From assembly GCA_964016885.1 (NCBI GenBank), contig OZ024742.1, positions 338,954,001 through 339,018,000 on the forward strand: 64,000 nucleotides of DNA. The letters run 5' to 3'. A program made the translations under genes and the position numbers. Numbering within the stretch: the stretch's first letter is position 1; every line of letters begins with the position of its first letter. Below, piece by piece: positions 25,620 to 37,749 of the stretch. Below the pieces are notes generated by a model, which was not told where the DNA came from, made no database searches, and was given only the letters and a program-made list of their open reading frames with translations. This DNA is from Eledone cirrhosa (Eukaryota).

Positions 25620-28600
25620 CTCCAGTAGTCCCATGTTTTATTGTATCCTAATGATAAGGTCTCTAGTATTATCATGCTTTATGGTGTCCTAATGATAAGG
25701 TCTCTAATAGTCCTATGTTTTATGGCGTCCTTATGATAAGGTCCCAAGTAGTATCATGTTTTATATGGTGTCCTAATGATAAGGTCTCCAGCAGTCCCAT
25801 GTTTTATGGTGTCCTAATGATAAGGTCCCTAGTAGTATCATGTTTTATAGGGTGTTCTAATGATAAGGTCTGTAGTAGTGCCATGTTTTATGGTGTCCTA
25901 ATGATAAGGTTTCTAGTAGTCCCATGTTTTATGGTGTCCTAATGATAAGGTTTCTAGTAGTCCCATGTTTTATGGTGTCCTAATGATAGGATCTGTAGTC
26001 GTCCCATGTTTTATGGTGTTCTAATGATAAGGTCCCTAGTAGTATCATGTTTTATATGGTGTCCTAATGATAAGGTCTGTAGTAGTCCCATGTTTTATGG
26101 TGTCCTAATGATAAGGTTTCTAGTAGTCCCATGTTTTATGGTGTCCTAATGATAAGGTTTCTAGTAGTCCCATGTTTTATGGTGTCCTAATGATAGGATC
26201 TGTAGTCGTCCCATGTTTTATAGTGTCCTAATGATAAGGTCTCTAGTAATCCCATGTTTTATAGTGACCTAATGATAAGGTCTCTAGTAGTATCAAGTTT
26301 TATGGTGTCCTAATGATAAGGTCGCTAGTAGTCCCATGTTTTATGGTGTCTTAATGATAAGGTCTATAGTAGTCCCATGTTTTATAGTCTCCTAATGATA
26401 AGGTCTCTAGTAGTCCCATGTGTTATAGTGTCCTAATGATAAGGTCTCTAGTAATCCCATGTTTTATAGTGTCCTAATGATAAGGTTTCTAGTAGTCCCA
26501 TGTTTTATGGTGTCTTAATGATAAGGTCTATAGTAGTCCCATGTTTTATAGTCTCCTAATGATAAGGTCTCTAGTAGTCCCATGTGTTATAGTGTCCTAA
26601 TGACAAGGTCCCTAGTAGTATCATGTTTTATATGGTGTCCTAATGATAAGGTCTCTAGTAATCCCATGTTTTATAGTGTCCTAATGATAAGGTCCCTAGT
26701 AGTCCCATGTTTTATGGTGTCTTAATGATAAGGTCTATAGTAGTCCCATGTTTTATAGTCTCCTAATGATAAGGTCTCTAGTAGTCCCATGTGTTATAGT
26801 GTCCTAATGATAAGGTCTCTAGTAATCCCATGTTTTATAGTGTCCTAATGATAAGGTCCCTAGTAGTCCCATGTTTTATGGTGTCTTAATGATAAGGTCT
26901 ATAGTAGTCCCATGTTTTATAGTCTCCTAATGATAAGGTCTCTAGTAGTCCCATGTGTTATAGTGTCCTAATGATAAGGTCTCTAGTAATCCCATGTTTT
27001 ATAGTGTCCTAATGATAAGGTTTCTAGTAGTATCAAGTTTTATGGTGTCCTAATGATAAGGTTTCTAGTAGTCCCATGTTTTATGTCCTTAATGATAGGG
27101 TCTCTAGTAGTCCCATGTTTTATATGGTGTCCTAATAATAAGGTCTGTAGTAGTCCCATGATTTATGGTGTCCTAATGATAAGGTTTCTAGAAGTCCCAT
27201 GTTTTATAGTGTCCTAATGATAAGCTCTCTAGTAATCCCATGTTTTATAGTGTCCTAATGATAAGGTTTCTAGTAGTATCAAGTTTTATCTTAATGATAA
27301 GGTTTCTAGTAGTCCCATGTTATATATCCTTAATGATAGGGTCTCTAGTAGTCCCATGTTTTATGGTGTCCTAATGATAAGGTCCCTAGTAGTATCATGT
27401 TTTATGGTGTCCTAATGATAAGGTCTCTAGTAGTTCCATGTTTCATGGTGCCCTAATGATAAGGTCCCTAGTAGTATCATCTTTTATATGGTGTCCTAAT
27501 GATAAGGTTTCTAGTAGTCCCATGTTTTATGGTGTCCTAATGATAGGGTCTCTAGTAGTCCCATGTTTTATGGTGTCCTAATCATAAGGTTTCTAGTAGT
27601 ATCATGTTTTAAGTGGTGTTCTAATGATAAGGGCCCTAGTAGTATCATCTTTTATATGGTGTCCTAATGATAAGGTTTCTTGTAGTCCCATGTTTTATGG
27701 TGTCCTAATGATAGGGTCTCTAGTAGTCCCATGTTTTATGGTGTCCTAGTGATAAGGTCCCTAGTATTATCATGTTTTATATGGTGTTCTAATGGTAAGG
27801 TCTGTTGTAGTCCCATGTTTTATGGTGTCCTAATGATAAGGTTTCTAGTAGTCCCATGTTTTATGGTGTCCTAATGATAAGGTTTCTAGTAGTCCCATAT
27901 TTTATGGTGTCCTAATGATAAGGTTTCTAGTAGTCCCATGTTTTATGCTGTCCTAATGATAGGGTCTCTAGTAGTCCCATGTTTTATGGTGTTCTAATGA
28001 TAAGGTCCCTTGTAGTCCCATGTTTTATGGTTTCCTAATGATAAGGTTTCTAGTAGTCCCATGTTGTATATTGTGTCCTAATGATAAGGTCTGTAGTAGA
28101 CCCATGTTTTATGGTGTCCTAATGATAAGGTTTCTAGTATTCCCATGTTTTATCTCCTAATGATAGGGTCTCTAGTAGTCCCATGTTTTATGGGGTTCTA
28201 ATGATAAGGTCCCTAGTAGTATCATCTTTTGTATGGTATCCTAATGATAAGGTCTGTAGTAGTCCCATGTTTTATGGTGTCCTAATCATAGGGTCTTTAG
28301 TAGTCCCATGTTTTATGGTGTCTAAATGATAAGGTCTCTAGTAGTCCCATGTTTTATGGTGTCCTAATGATAAGCTCTCTAGTAGTCCCATGTTTTATGG
28401 TGTCTAAATGATAAGGTCTCTAGTAGTCCCATGTTTTATGGTGTCCTAATGATAAGGTCTCCAGCAGACCCATGTTTTATGGTGTCCTAATGATAAGGTC
28501 CCTAGTAGTATCATGTTTTATAGGGTGTTCTAATGATAAGGTCTGTAGTAGTCCCATGTTTTATGGTGTCCTAATGATAACGTTTCTTGTAGTCCCATGT

Positions 28601-31600
28601 TTTATGGTGTCCTAATGATAAGGTTTCTAGTAGTCCCATGTTTTATGGTGTCCTAATGATAGGATCTGTAGTCGTCCCATGTTTTATAGTGTCCTAATGA
28701 TAAGGTCTCTAGTAATCCCATGTTTTATAGTGTCCTAATGAAAAGGTCTCTAGTAGTATCAAGTTTTATGGTGTCCTAATGATAAGGTCCCTAGTAGTCC
28801 CATGTTTTATGGTGTCTTAATGATAAGGTCTATAGTAGTCTATATGTTTTATAGTGTCCTAATGATAAGGTCTCTAGTAGTCCCATGTTTTATAGTGTCC
28901 TAATGATAAGGTCTCTAGTAATCCCATGTTTTATAGTGTCCTAATGATAAGGTTTCTAGTAGTATCAAGTTTTATGGTGTCCTAATGATAAGGTTTCTAG
29001 TAGTCCCATGTTTTATGTCCTTAATGATAGGGTCTCTAGTAGTCCCATGTTTTATGGTATCCTAATGATAAGGTCTCCAGTAGTCCCATGTTTTATGGTG
29101 TCCTAATGATAAGGTCTCTAGTATTATCATGTTTTATGGTGTCCTAATGATAAGGTCTCTAATAATCCTATGTTTTATGGCGTCCTTATGATAAGGTCCC
29201 AAGTAGTATCATGTTTTATATGGTGTCCTAATGATAAGGTCTCCAGCAGTCCCATGTTTTATGGTGTCCTAATGATAAGGTCCCTAGTAGTATCATGTTT
29301 TATAGGGTGTTCTAATGATAAGGTCTGTAGTAGTGCCATGTTTTATGGTGTCCTAATGATAACGTTTCTTGTAGTCCCATGTTTTATGGTGTCCTAATGA
29401 TAAGGTTTCTAGTAGTCCCATGTTTTATGGTGTCCTAATGATAAGGTTTCTAGTAGTCCCATGTTTTATGGTGTCCTAATGATAGGATCTGTAGTCGTCC
29501 CATGTTTTATGGTGTTCTAATGATAAGGTCCCTAGTAGTATCATGTTTTATATGGTGTCCTAATGATAAGGTCTGTAGTAGTCCCATGTTTTATGGTGTC
29601 CTAATGATAAGGTTTCTAGTAGTCCCATGTTTTATGGTGTCCTAATGATAAGGTTTCTAGTAGTCCCATGTTTTATGGTGTCCTAATGATAGGATCTGTA
29701 GTCGTCCCATGTTTTATAGTGTCCTAATGATAAGGTCTCTAGTAATCCCATGTTTTATAGTGACCTAATGATAAGGTCTCTAGTAGTATCAAGTTTTATG
29801 GTGTCCTAATGATAAGGTCGCTAGTAGTCCCATGTTTTATGGTGTCTTAATGATAAGGTCTATAGTAGTCCCATGTTTTATAGTCTCCTAATGATAAGGT
29901 CTCTAGTAGTCCCATGTGTTATAGTGTCCTAATGATAAGGTCTCTAGTAATCCCATGTTTTATAGTGTCCTAATGATAAGGTTTCTAGTAGTCCCATGTT
30001 TTATGGTGTCTTAATGATAAGGTCTATAGTAGTCCCATGTTTTATAGTCTCCTAATGATAAGGTCTCTAGTAGTCCCATGTGTTATAGTGTCCTAATGAC
30101 AAGGTCCCTAGTAGTATCATGTTTTATATGGTGTCCTAATGATAAGGTCTCTAGTAATCCCATGTTTTATAGTGTCCTAATGATAAGGTCCCTAGTAGTC
30201 CCATGTTTTATGGTGTCTTAATGATAAGGTCTATAGTAGTCCCATGTTTTATAGTCTCCTAATGATAAGGTCTCTAGTAGTCCCATGTGTTATAGTGTCC
30301 TAATGATAAGGTCTCTAGTAATCCCATGTTTTATAGTGTCCTAATGATAAGGTCCCTAGTAGTCCCATGTTTTATGGTGTCTTAATGATAAGGTCTATAG
30401 TAGTCCCATGTTTTATAGTCTCCTAATGATAAGGTCTCTAGTAGTCCCATGTGTTATAGTGTCCTATTGATAAGGTCTCTAGTAATCCCATGTTTTATTG
30501 TGTCCTAATGATAAGGTTTCTAGTAGTATCAAGTTTTATGGTGTCCTAATGATAAGGTTTCTAGTAGTCCCATGTTTTATGTCCTTAATGATAGGGTCTC
30601 TAGTAGTCCCATGTTTTATGGTGTCCTAATGATGAGGTTTCTAGTAGTCCCATGTTTTATGGTGTCATAATGTTAAGTTTTCTATTACTCCCATGTTTTA
30701 TATGGTGTCCTAATAATAAGGTCTGTAGTAGTCCCATGATTTATGGTGTCCTAATGATAAGGTTTCTAGAAGTCCCATGTTTTATAGTGTCCTAATGATA
30801 AGCTCTCTAGTAATCCCATGTTTTATAGTGTCCTAATGATAAGGTTGCTAGTAGTATCAAATTTTATCTTAATGATAAGGTTTCTAGTAGTCCCATGTTA
30901 TATATCCTTAATGATAGGGTCTCTAGTAGTCCCATGTTTTATGGTGTCCTAATGATAAGGTCCCTAGTAGTATCATGTTTTATGGTGTCCTAATGATAAG
31001 GTCTCTAGTAGTTCCATGTTTCATGGTGCCCTAATGATAAGGTCCCTAGTAGTATCATCTTTTATATGGTGTCCTAATGATAAGGTTTCTAGTAGTCCCA
31101 TGTTTTATGGTGTGCTAATGATAGGGTCTCTAGTAGTCCCATGTTTTATGGTGTCCTAATCATAAGGTTTCTAGTAGTATCATGTTTTAAGTGGTGTTCT
31201 AATGATAAGGGCCCTAGTAGTATCATCTTTTATATGGTGTCCTAATGATAAGGTTTCTTGTAGTCCCATGTTTTATGGTGTCCTAATGATAGGGTCTCTA
31301 GTAGTCCCATGTTTTATGGTGTCCTAGTGATAAGGTCCCTAGTATTATCATGTTTTATATGGTGTTCTAATGATAAGGTCTGTAGTAGTCCCATGTTTTA
31401 TGGTGTCCTAATGATAAGGTTTCTAGTAGTCCCATGTTTTATGGTGTCCTAATGATAAGGTTTCTAGTAGTCCCATATTTTATGGTGTCCTAATGATAAG
31501 GTTTCTTGTAGTCCCATGTTTTATGCTGTCCTAATGATAGGGTCTCTAGTAGTCCCATGTTTTATGGTGTTCTAATGATAAGGTCCCTTGTAGTCCCATG

Positions 31601-32200
31601 TTTTATGGTTTCCTAATGATAAGGTTTCTAGTAGTCCCATGTTTTATATTGTGTCCTAATGATAAGGTCTGTAGTAGACCCATGTTTTATGGTGTCCTAA
31701 TGATAAGGTTTCTAGTATTCCCATGTTTTATCTCCTAATGGTAGGGTCTCTAGTAGTCCCATGTTTTATGGGGTTCTAATGATAAGGTCCCTAGTAGTAT
31801 CATCTTTTGTATGGTGTCCTAATGATAAGGTCTGTAGTAGTCCCATGTTTTATGGTGTCCTAATCATAGGGTCTTTAGTAGTCCCATGTTTTATGGTGTC
31901 TAAATGATAAGGTCTCTAGTAGTCCCATGTTTTATGGTGTCCTAATGATAAGGTCTCTAGTAGTCCCATGTTTTATGGTGTCTAAATGATAAGGTCTCTA
32001 GTAGTCCCATGTTTTATGGTGTCCTAATGATAAGGTCTCCAGCAGACCCATGTTTTATGGTGTCCTAATGATAAGGTCCCTAGTAGTATCATGTTTTATA
32101 GGGTGTTCTAATGATAAGGTCTGTAGTAGTCCCATGTTTTATGGTGTCCTAATGATAACGTTTCTTGTAGTCCCATGTTTTATGGTGTCCTAATGATAAG
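25620..32200 (+). repeat. Tandem block duplication with ~3.45-3.6 kb period
   Basis: Landmarks 25715/29170 (3455 bp) and GGTCGCTAG 26320/29816 (3496 bp). Shared variants include AATGACAAGGTCCC, CCTAGTGATAAGG, GTCTAAATG and CAGCAGACCC. Confidence 0.85.
26310..27010 (+). repeat. 164-bp tetramer sub-HOR, ~4 copies (similar runs at ~8170-8540, 10390-11260, 14700-15620, 29810-30500 and 42270-42960)
   Basis: The GGTCTATAG marker occurs at 26361, 26525, 26732 and 26896 (spacings 164, 207=164+43, 164). Monomer order is fixed: ...GTCTT / GGTCTATAG...TAGTCTCC / CCATGTGTTATAG / GTAATCCC. Confidence 0.9.
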
Positions 32201-35200
32201 GTTTCTAGTAGTCCCATGTTTTATGGTGTCCTAATGATAAGGTTTCTAGTAGTCCCATATTTTATGGTGTCCTAATGATAGGATCTGTAGTCGTCCCATG
32301 TTTTATGGTGTTCTAATGATAAGGTCCCTAGTAGTATCATGTTTTATATTGTGTCCTAATGATAAAGTCTGTAGTAGTCCCATGTTTTATGGTGTCCTAA
32401 TGATAAGGTTTCTAGTAGTCCCATGTTTTATGGTGTCCTAATGATAAGGTTTCTAGTAGTCCCATGTTTTATGGTGTCCTAATGATAGGATCTGTAGTCG
32501 TCCCATGTTTTATAGTGTCCTAATGATAAGGTCTCTAGTAATCCCATGTTTTATAGTGTCCTAATGAAAAGGTCTCTAGTAGTATCAAGTTTTATGGTGT
32601 CCTAATGATAAGGTCCCTAGTAGTCCCATGTTTTATGGTGTCTTAATGATAAGGTCTATAGTAGTCCCATGTTTTATAGTGTCCTAATGATAAGGTCTCT
32701 AGTAGTACCATGTTTTATAGTGTCCTAATGATAAGGTCTCTAGTAATCCCATGTTTTATAGTGTCCTAATGATAAGGTTTCTAGTAGTATCAAGTTTTAT
32801 GGTGTCCTAATGATAAGGTTTCTAGTAGTCCCATGTTTTATGTCCTTAATGATAGGGTCTCTAGTAGTCCCATGTTTTATGGTGTCCTAATGATAAGGTC
32901 CCTAGTAGTATCATGTTTTACGGTGTCCTAATGATAAGGTCTCTAGTAGTTCCATGTTTCATGGTGCCCTAATGATAAGGTCCCTAGTAGTATCATCTTT
33001 TATATGGTGTCCTAATGATAAGGTTTCTAGTAGTCCCATGTTTTATGGTGTCCTAATGATAGGGTCTCTAGTAGTCCCATGTTTTATGGTGTCCTAATGA
33101 TAAGGTCACTAGTTGTATCATGTTTTATATGGTGTTCTAATGATAAGGTCTGTAGTAGTCCTATGTTTTATGGTGTCCTAATGATAAGGTTTCTAGTAGT
33201 CCTATGTTTTATGGTGTCCTAATGATAAGGTTTCTAGTAATCCCATATTTTATGGTGACCTAATGATAAGGTTTCTAGTAGTCCCATTTTTATGCTGTCC
33301 TAATGATAGGGTCTCTAGTAGTCCCATGCTTTATGGTGTTCTAATGATAAGGTCCCTAGTAGTCCCATGTTTTATGGTGTCCTAATGATAAGGTTTCTAG
33401 TAGTCCCATGTTTTATCTCCTAATGATAAGGTCTGTAGTAGTCCCATCTTTTATGGAGCCCTAATGATAGGGACTGTAGTCGTCCCATGTTTTATGGTGT
33501 CCTAATGATAAGGTCTCTAGTAGTATCATGTTTTATGGGGTCCTAATGATAAGGTCCCTAGTAGTCCCATATTTTGTGGTGTCCTAATGATAAGGTCACT
33601 AGTAGTATCATGTTTTATATGGTGTCCTAATGATAAGGTCTCTAGTAGTATTATGTTATATGGTGTCCTAATGAAAAGGTCTCTAGTAGTCCCATGTTTT
33701 ATGGTGTCCTAATGATAAGGTTTCTAGTAGTCCCATATTTTATGGTGTCCTAATGATAAGGTTTCTAGTAGTCCCATGTTTTATGGTGTCCTAATGATAG
33801 GATCTGTAGTTGTCCCATGTTTTATGGTGTTCTAATGATAAGGTCCCTAGTAGTATCATGTTTTATATTGTGTCCTAATGATAAAGTCTGTAGTAGTCCC
33901 ATGTTTTATGGTGTCCTAATGATAAGGTTTCTAGTAGTTCCATGTTTTATGGTGTCCTAATGATGAGGTTTCTAGTAGTCCCATGTTTTATGGTGTCCTA
34001 ATGATAGGATCTGTAGTCGTCCCATGTTTTATAGTGTCCTAATGATAAGGTCTCTAGTAATCCCATGTTTTATAGTGTCCTAATGAAAAGGTCTCTAGTA
34101 GTATCAAGTTTTATGGTGTCCTAATGATAAGGTCCCTAGTAGTCCCATGTTTTATGGTGTCTTAATGATAAGGTCTATAGTAGTCCCATGTTTTATAGTG
34201 TCCTAATGATAAGGTCTCTAGTAGTCCCATGTTTTATAGTGTCCTAATGATAAGGTCTCTAGTAATCCCATGTTTTATAGTGTCCTAATGATAAGGTTTC
34301 TAGTAGTATCAAGTTTTATGGTGTCCCAATGATAAGGTTTCTAGTAGTCCAATGTTTTATGTCCTTAATGATAGGGTCTCTAGTAGTCCCATGTTTTATG
34401 GTGTCCTAATGATAAGGTCCCTAGTAGTATCATGTTTTACGGTGTCCTAATGATAAGGTCTCTAGTAGTTCCATGTTTCATGGTGCCCTAATGATAAGGT
34501 CCCTAGTAGTATCATCTTTTATATGGTGTCCTAATGATAAGGTTTCTAGTAGTCCCATGTTTTATGGTGTCCTAATGATAAGGTCACTAGTTGTATCATG
34601 TTTTATATGGTGTTCTAATGATAAGGTCTGTAGTAGTCCCATGTTTTATGGTTTCCTAATGATAAGGTTTCTAGTATTCCCATGTTTTATCTCCTAATGA
34701 TAGGGTCTCTAGTAGTCGCATGTTTTATGGTGTCCTAATGATAAGGTTTCTAGTCGTCCTATGTTTTATGGTGTCCTAATGATAAGGTTTCTAGTAATCC
34801 CATATTTTATGGTGATCTAATGATAAGGTTTCTAGTAGTCCCATTTGTATGCTGTCCAAATGATAGGGTCTCTAGTAGTCCCATGCTTTATGGTGTTATA
34901 ATGATAAGGTCCCTAGTAGTCCCATGTTTTATGGTGTCCTAATGATAAGGTTTCTAGTAGTCCCATGTTTTATCTCCTAATGATAAGGTCTGTAGTAGTC
35001 CCATGTTTTATGGAGCCCTAATGATAGGGTCTGTAGTCGTTCCATGTTTTATGGTGTCCTAATGATAAGGTCTCTAGTAGTATCATGTTTTATGGGGTCC
35101 TAATGATAAGGTCCCTAGTAGTCCCATATTTTGTGGTGTCCTAATGATAAGGTCACTAGTAGTATCATGTTTTATATGGTGTCCTAATGATAAGGTCTCT

Positions 35201-35270
35201 AGTAGTATTATGTTATATGGTGTCCTAATGAAAAGGTCTCTAGTAGTCCCATGTTTTATGGTGTCCTAAT
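32200..35270 (+). repeat. Tandem duplication of ~1.52-1.56 kb (37-38 monomers)
   Basis: AATGAAAAGG occurs at 32566/34085 (1519 bp) and the rare variant GGAGCCC at 33455/35012 (1557 bp). TTTTACGGTG is also shared. Confidence 0.8.
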
Positions 35271-36727
35271 GATAGGGTCTCCAGTAGTCCCATGTTTTAT
35301 GGCGTCCTAATGATAAGGTCACTAGTAGTATCATGTTTTATATGGTGTCCTAATGATAAGGTCTCCAGTAGTCCCATGTTTTATGGTGTCCTAATGATAA
35401 GGTCTCTAGTAGTCCCATGTTTTATGGTATCTTAATTATAAGGTCTCTAGTAGTCCCATGTTTTATGGTGTCCTAATGATAAGGTCCCTAGTAGTATCAT
35501 GTTTTATATGGTGTTCTAATGATAGGGTCTGTAGTAGTCCCATGTTTTATGGTGTCCTAATGATAAGGTTTCTAGTAGTCCCATGTTTTATGGTGTCCTA
35601 ATGATAAGGTTTTTAGTAGTCCCATATTTTATGGTGTCCTAATGATAAGGTTTCTAGTAGTCCCATGTTTTATGCTGTCCTAATGATAGGGTCTCTAGTA
35701 GTCCCATGTTTATGGTGTTCTAATGATAAGGTCCCTAGTAGTCCCATGTTTTATGGTTTCCTAATGATAAGTTTTCTAGTAGTCCCATGTTTTATATGGT
35801 GTCCTAATGATAAGGTCTGTAGTAGTCCCATGTTTTATGGTGTCCTAATGATAAGGTTTCTAGTAGTCCCATATTTTATCTCCTAATGATAGGGTCTCTA
35901 GTAGTCCCATGTTTTATGGGGTTCTAATGATAAGGTCCCTTGTAGTATCATCTTTTGTATGGTGTCCTAATGATAAGGTCTGTAGTAGTCCCATGTTTTA
36001 TGGTGTCCTAATAATAGGGTCTTTAGTAGTCCCATGTTTTTTGGTGTCCAAATGATAAGGTCTGTAATAGTCCCATGTTTTATGGTGTCCTAATGATAAG
36101 GTCTCTAGTAGTCCCATGTTTTATGGTGTCCTAATGATAAGGTCTCTAGTATTATCATGTTTTATGGTGTCCTAATGATAAGGTCTCTAATAGTCCTATG
36201 TTTTATGGCGTCCTTATGATAAGGTCCCGAGTAGTATCATGTTTTATATGGTGTCCTAATGATAAGGTCTCCAGCAGTCCCATGTTTTATGGTGTCCTAA
36301 TGATAACGTTTCTTGTAGTATCATGTTTTATAGGGTGTTCTAATGATAAGGTCTGTAGTAGTCCCATGTTTTATGGTGTCCTAATGATAACGTTTCTTGT
36401 AGTCCCATGTTTTATGGTGTCCTAATGATAAGGTTTCTAGTAGTCCCATGTTTTATGGTGTCCTAATGATAAGGTTTCTAGTAGTCCCATGTTTTATGGT
36501 GTCCTAATGATAGGATCTGTAGTCGTCCCATGTTTTATAGTGTCCTAATGATAAGGTCTCTAGTAATCCCATGTTTTATAGTGTCCTAATGATAAGGTCT
36601 CTAGTAGTATCAAGTTTTATGGTGTCCTAATGATAAGGTCCCTAGTAGTCCCATGTTATATGTGGTGTTCTAATGATAAGGTCCCTAGTAGTATCATCTT
36701 TTATATGGTGTCCTAATGATAAGGTTT

Positions 36728-37690
36728 CTAGTAGTCCCATGTTTTCTGGTGTCCTAATGATAAGGTCCCTAGTTGTATCATGTTTTATATGGTGTTCTAA
36801 TGATAAGGTCTGTAGTAGTCCCATGTTTTATGGTGTCCTAATGATAATGTTTCTAGTAGTCCTATGTTTTATGGTGTCCTAATGATAAGGTTTCTAGTAG
36901 TCCCATATTTTATGGTGACCTAATGATAAGGTACCTAGTAGTATCAGGTTTTATATGGTGTCCTAATGATAAGGTCTCCAGTAGTCCCATGTTTTATGGT
37001 GTCCTAATGATAAGGTCCCTAGTAGTATCATGTTTTATAGGGTGTTCTAATGATGAGGTCTGTAGTAGTCCCATGTTTTATGGTGTCCTAATGATAAGGT
37101 TTATAGTAGTCCCATGTTTTATGATGTCCTAATGATAAGGTCTCTAGTAGTCCCATGTTTTATGGTGTCCTAATGATAAGGTTTCTAGTAGTCCCATGTT
37201 TTATGGTGTCCTAATGATAGGGTCTCTAGTAGTCCCATGTTTTCTGGTGTCCTAATGATAAGGTCCCTAGTTGTATCATGTTTTATATGGTGTTCTAATG
37301 ATAAGGTCTGTAGTAGTCCCATGTTTTATGGTGTCCTAATGATAATGTTTCTAGTAGTCCTATGTTTTATGGTGTCCTAATGATAAGGTTTCTAGTAGTC
37401 CCATATTTTATGGTGACCTAATGATAAGGTACCTAGTAGTATCAGGTTTTATATGGTGTCCTAATGATAAGGTCTCCAGTAGTCCCATGTTTTATGGTGT
37501 CCTAATGATAAGGTCCCTAGTAGTATCATGTTTTATAGGGTGTTCTAATGATGAGGTCTGTAGTAGTCCCATGTTTTATGGTGTCCTAATGATAAGGTTT
37601 ATAGTAGTCCCATGTTTTATGATGTCCTAATGATAAGGTCTCTAGTAGTCCCATGTTTTATGGTGTCCTAATGATAAGGTTTCTAGTAGT
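36728..37690 (+). repeat. 498-bp (12-monomer) near-perfect tandem duplication
   Basis: GTTTTCTGGT occurs at 36741/37239, and identical ORF-track translations start at 36923/37421. Both offsets are 498 bp. Confidence 0.9.
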
Positions 37691-37749
37691 CCCATCTTTT
37701 ATGGTGTCCTAATGATAGGTCTGTATTCGTCCCATGTTTTATGGTGTCC

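Noticed and set aside
36642-36824. Minus-strand 60-aa ORF
   Set aside because: It is an antisense reading of the same monomers, with a chance loss of a stop codon through the TTTTCTGG variant.
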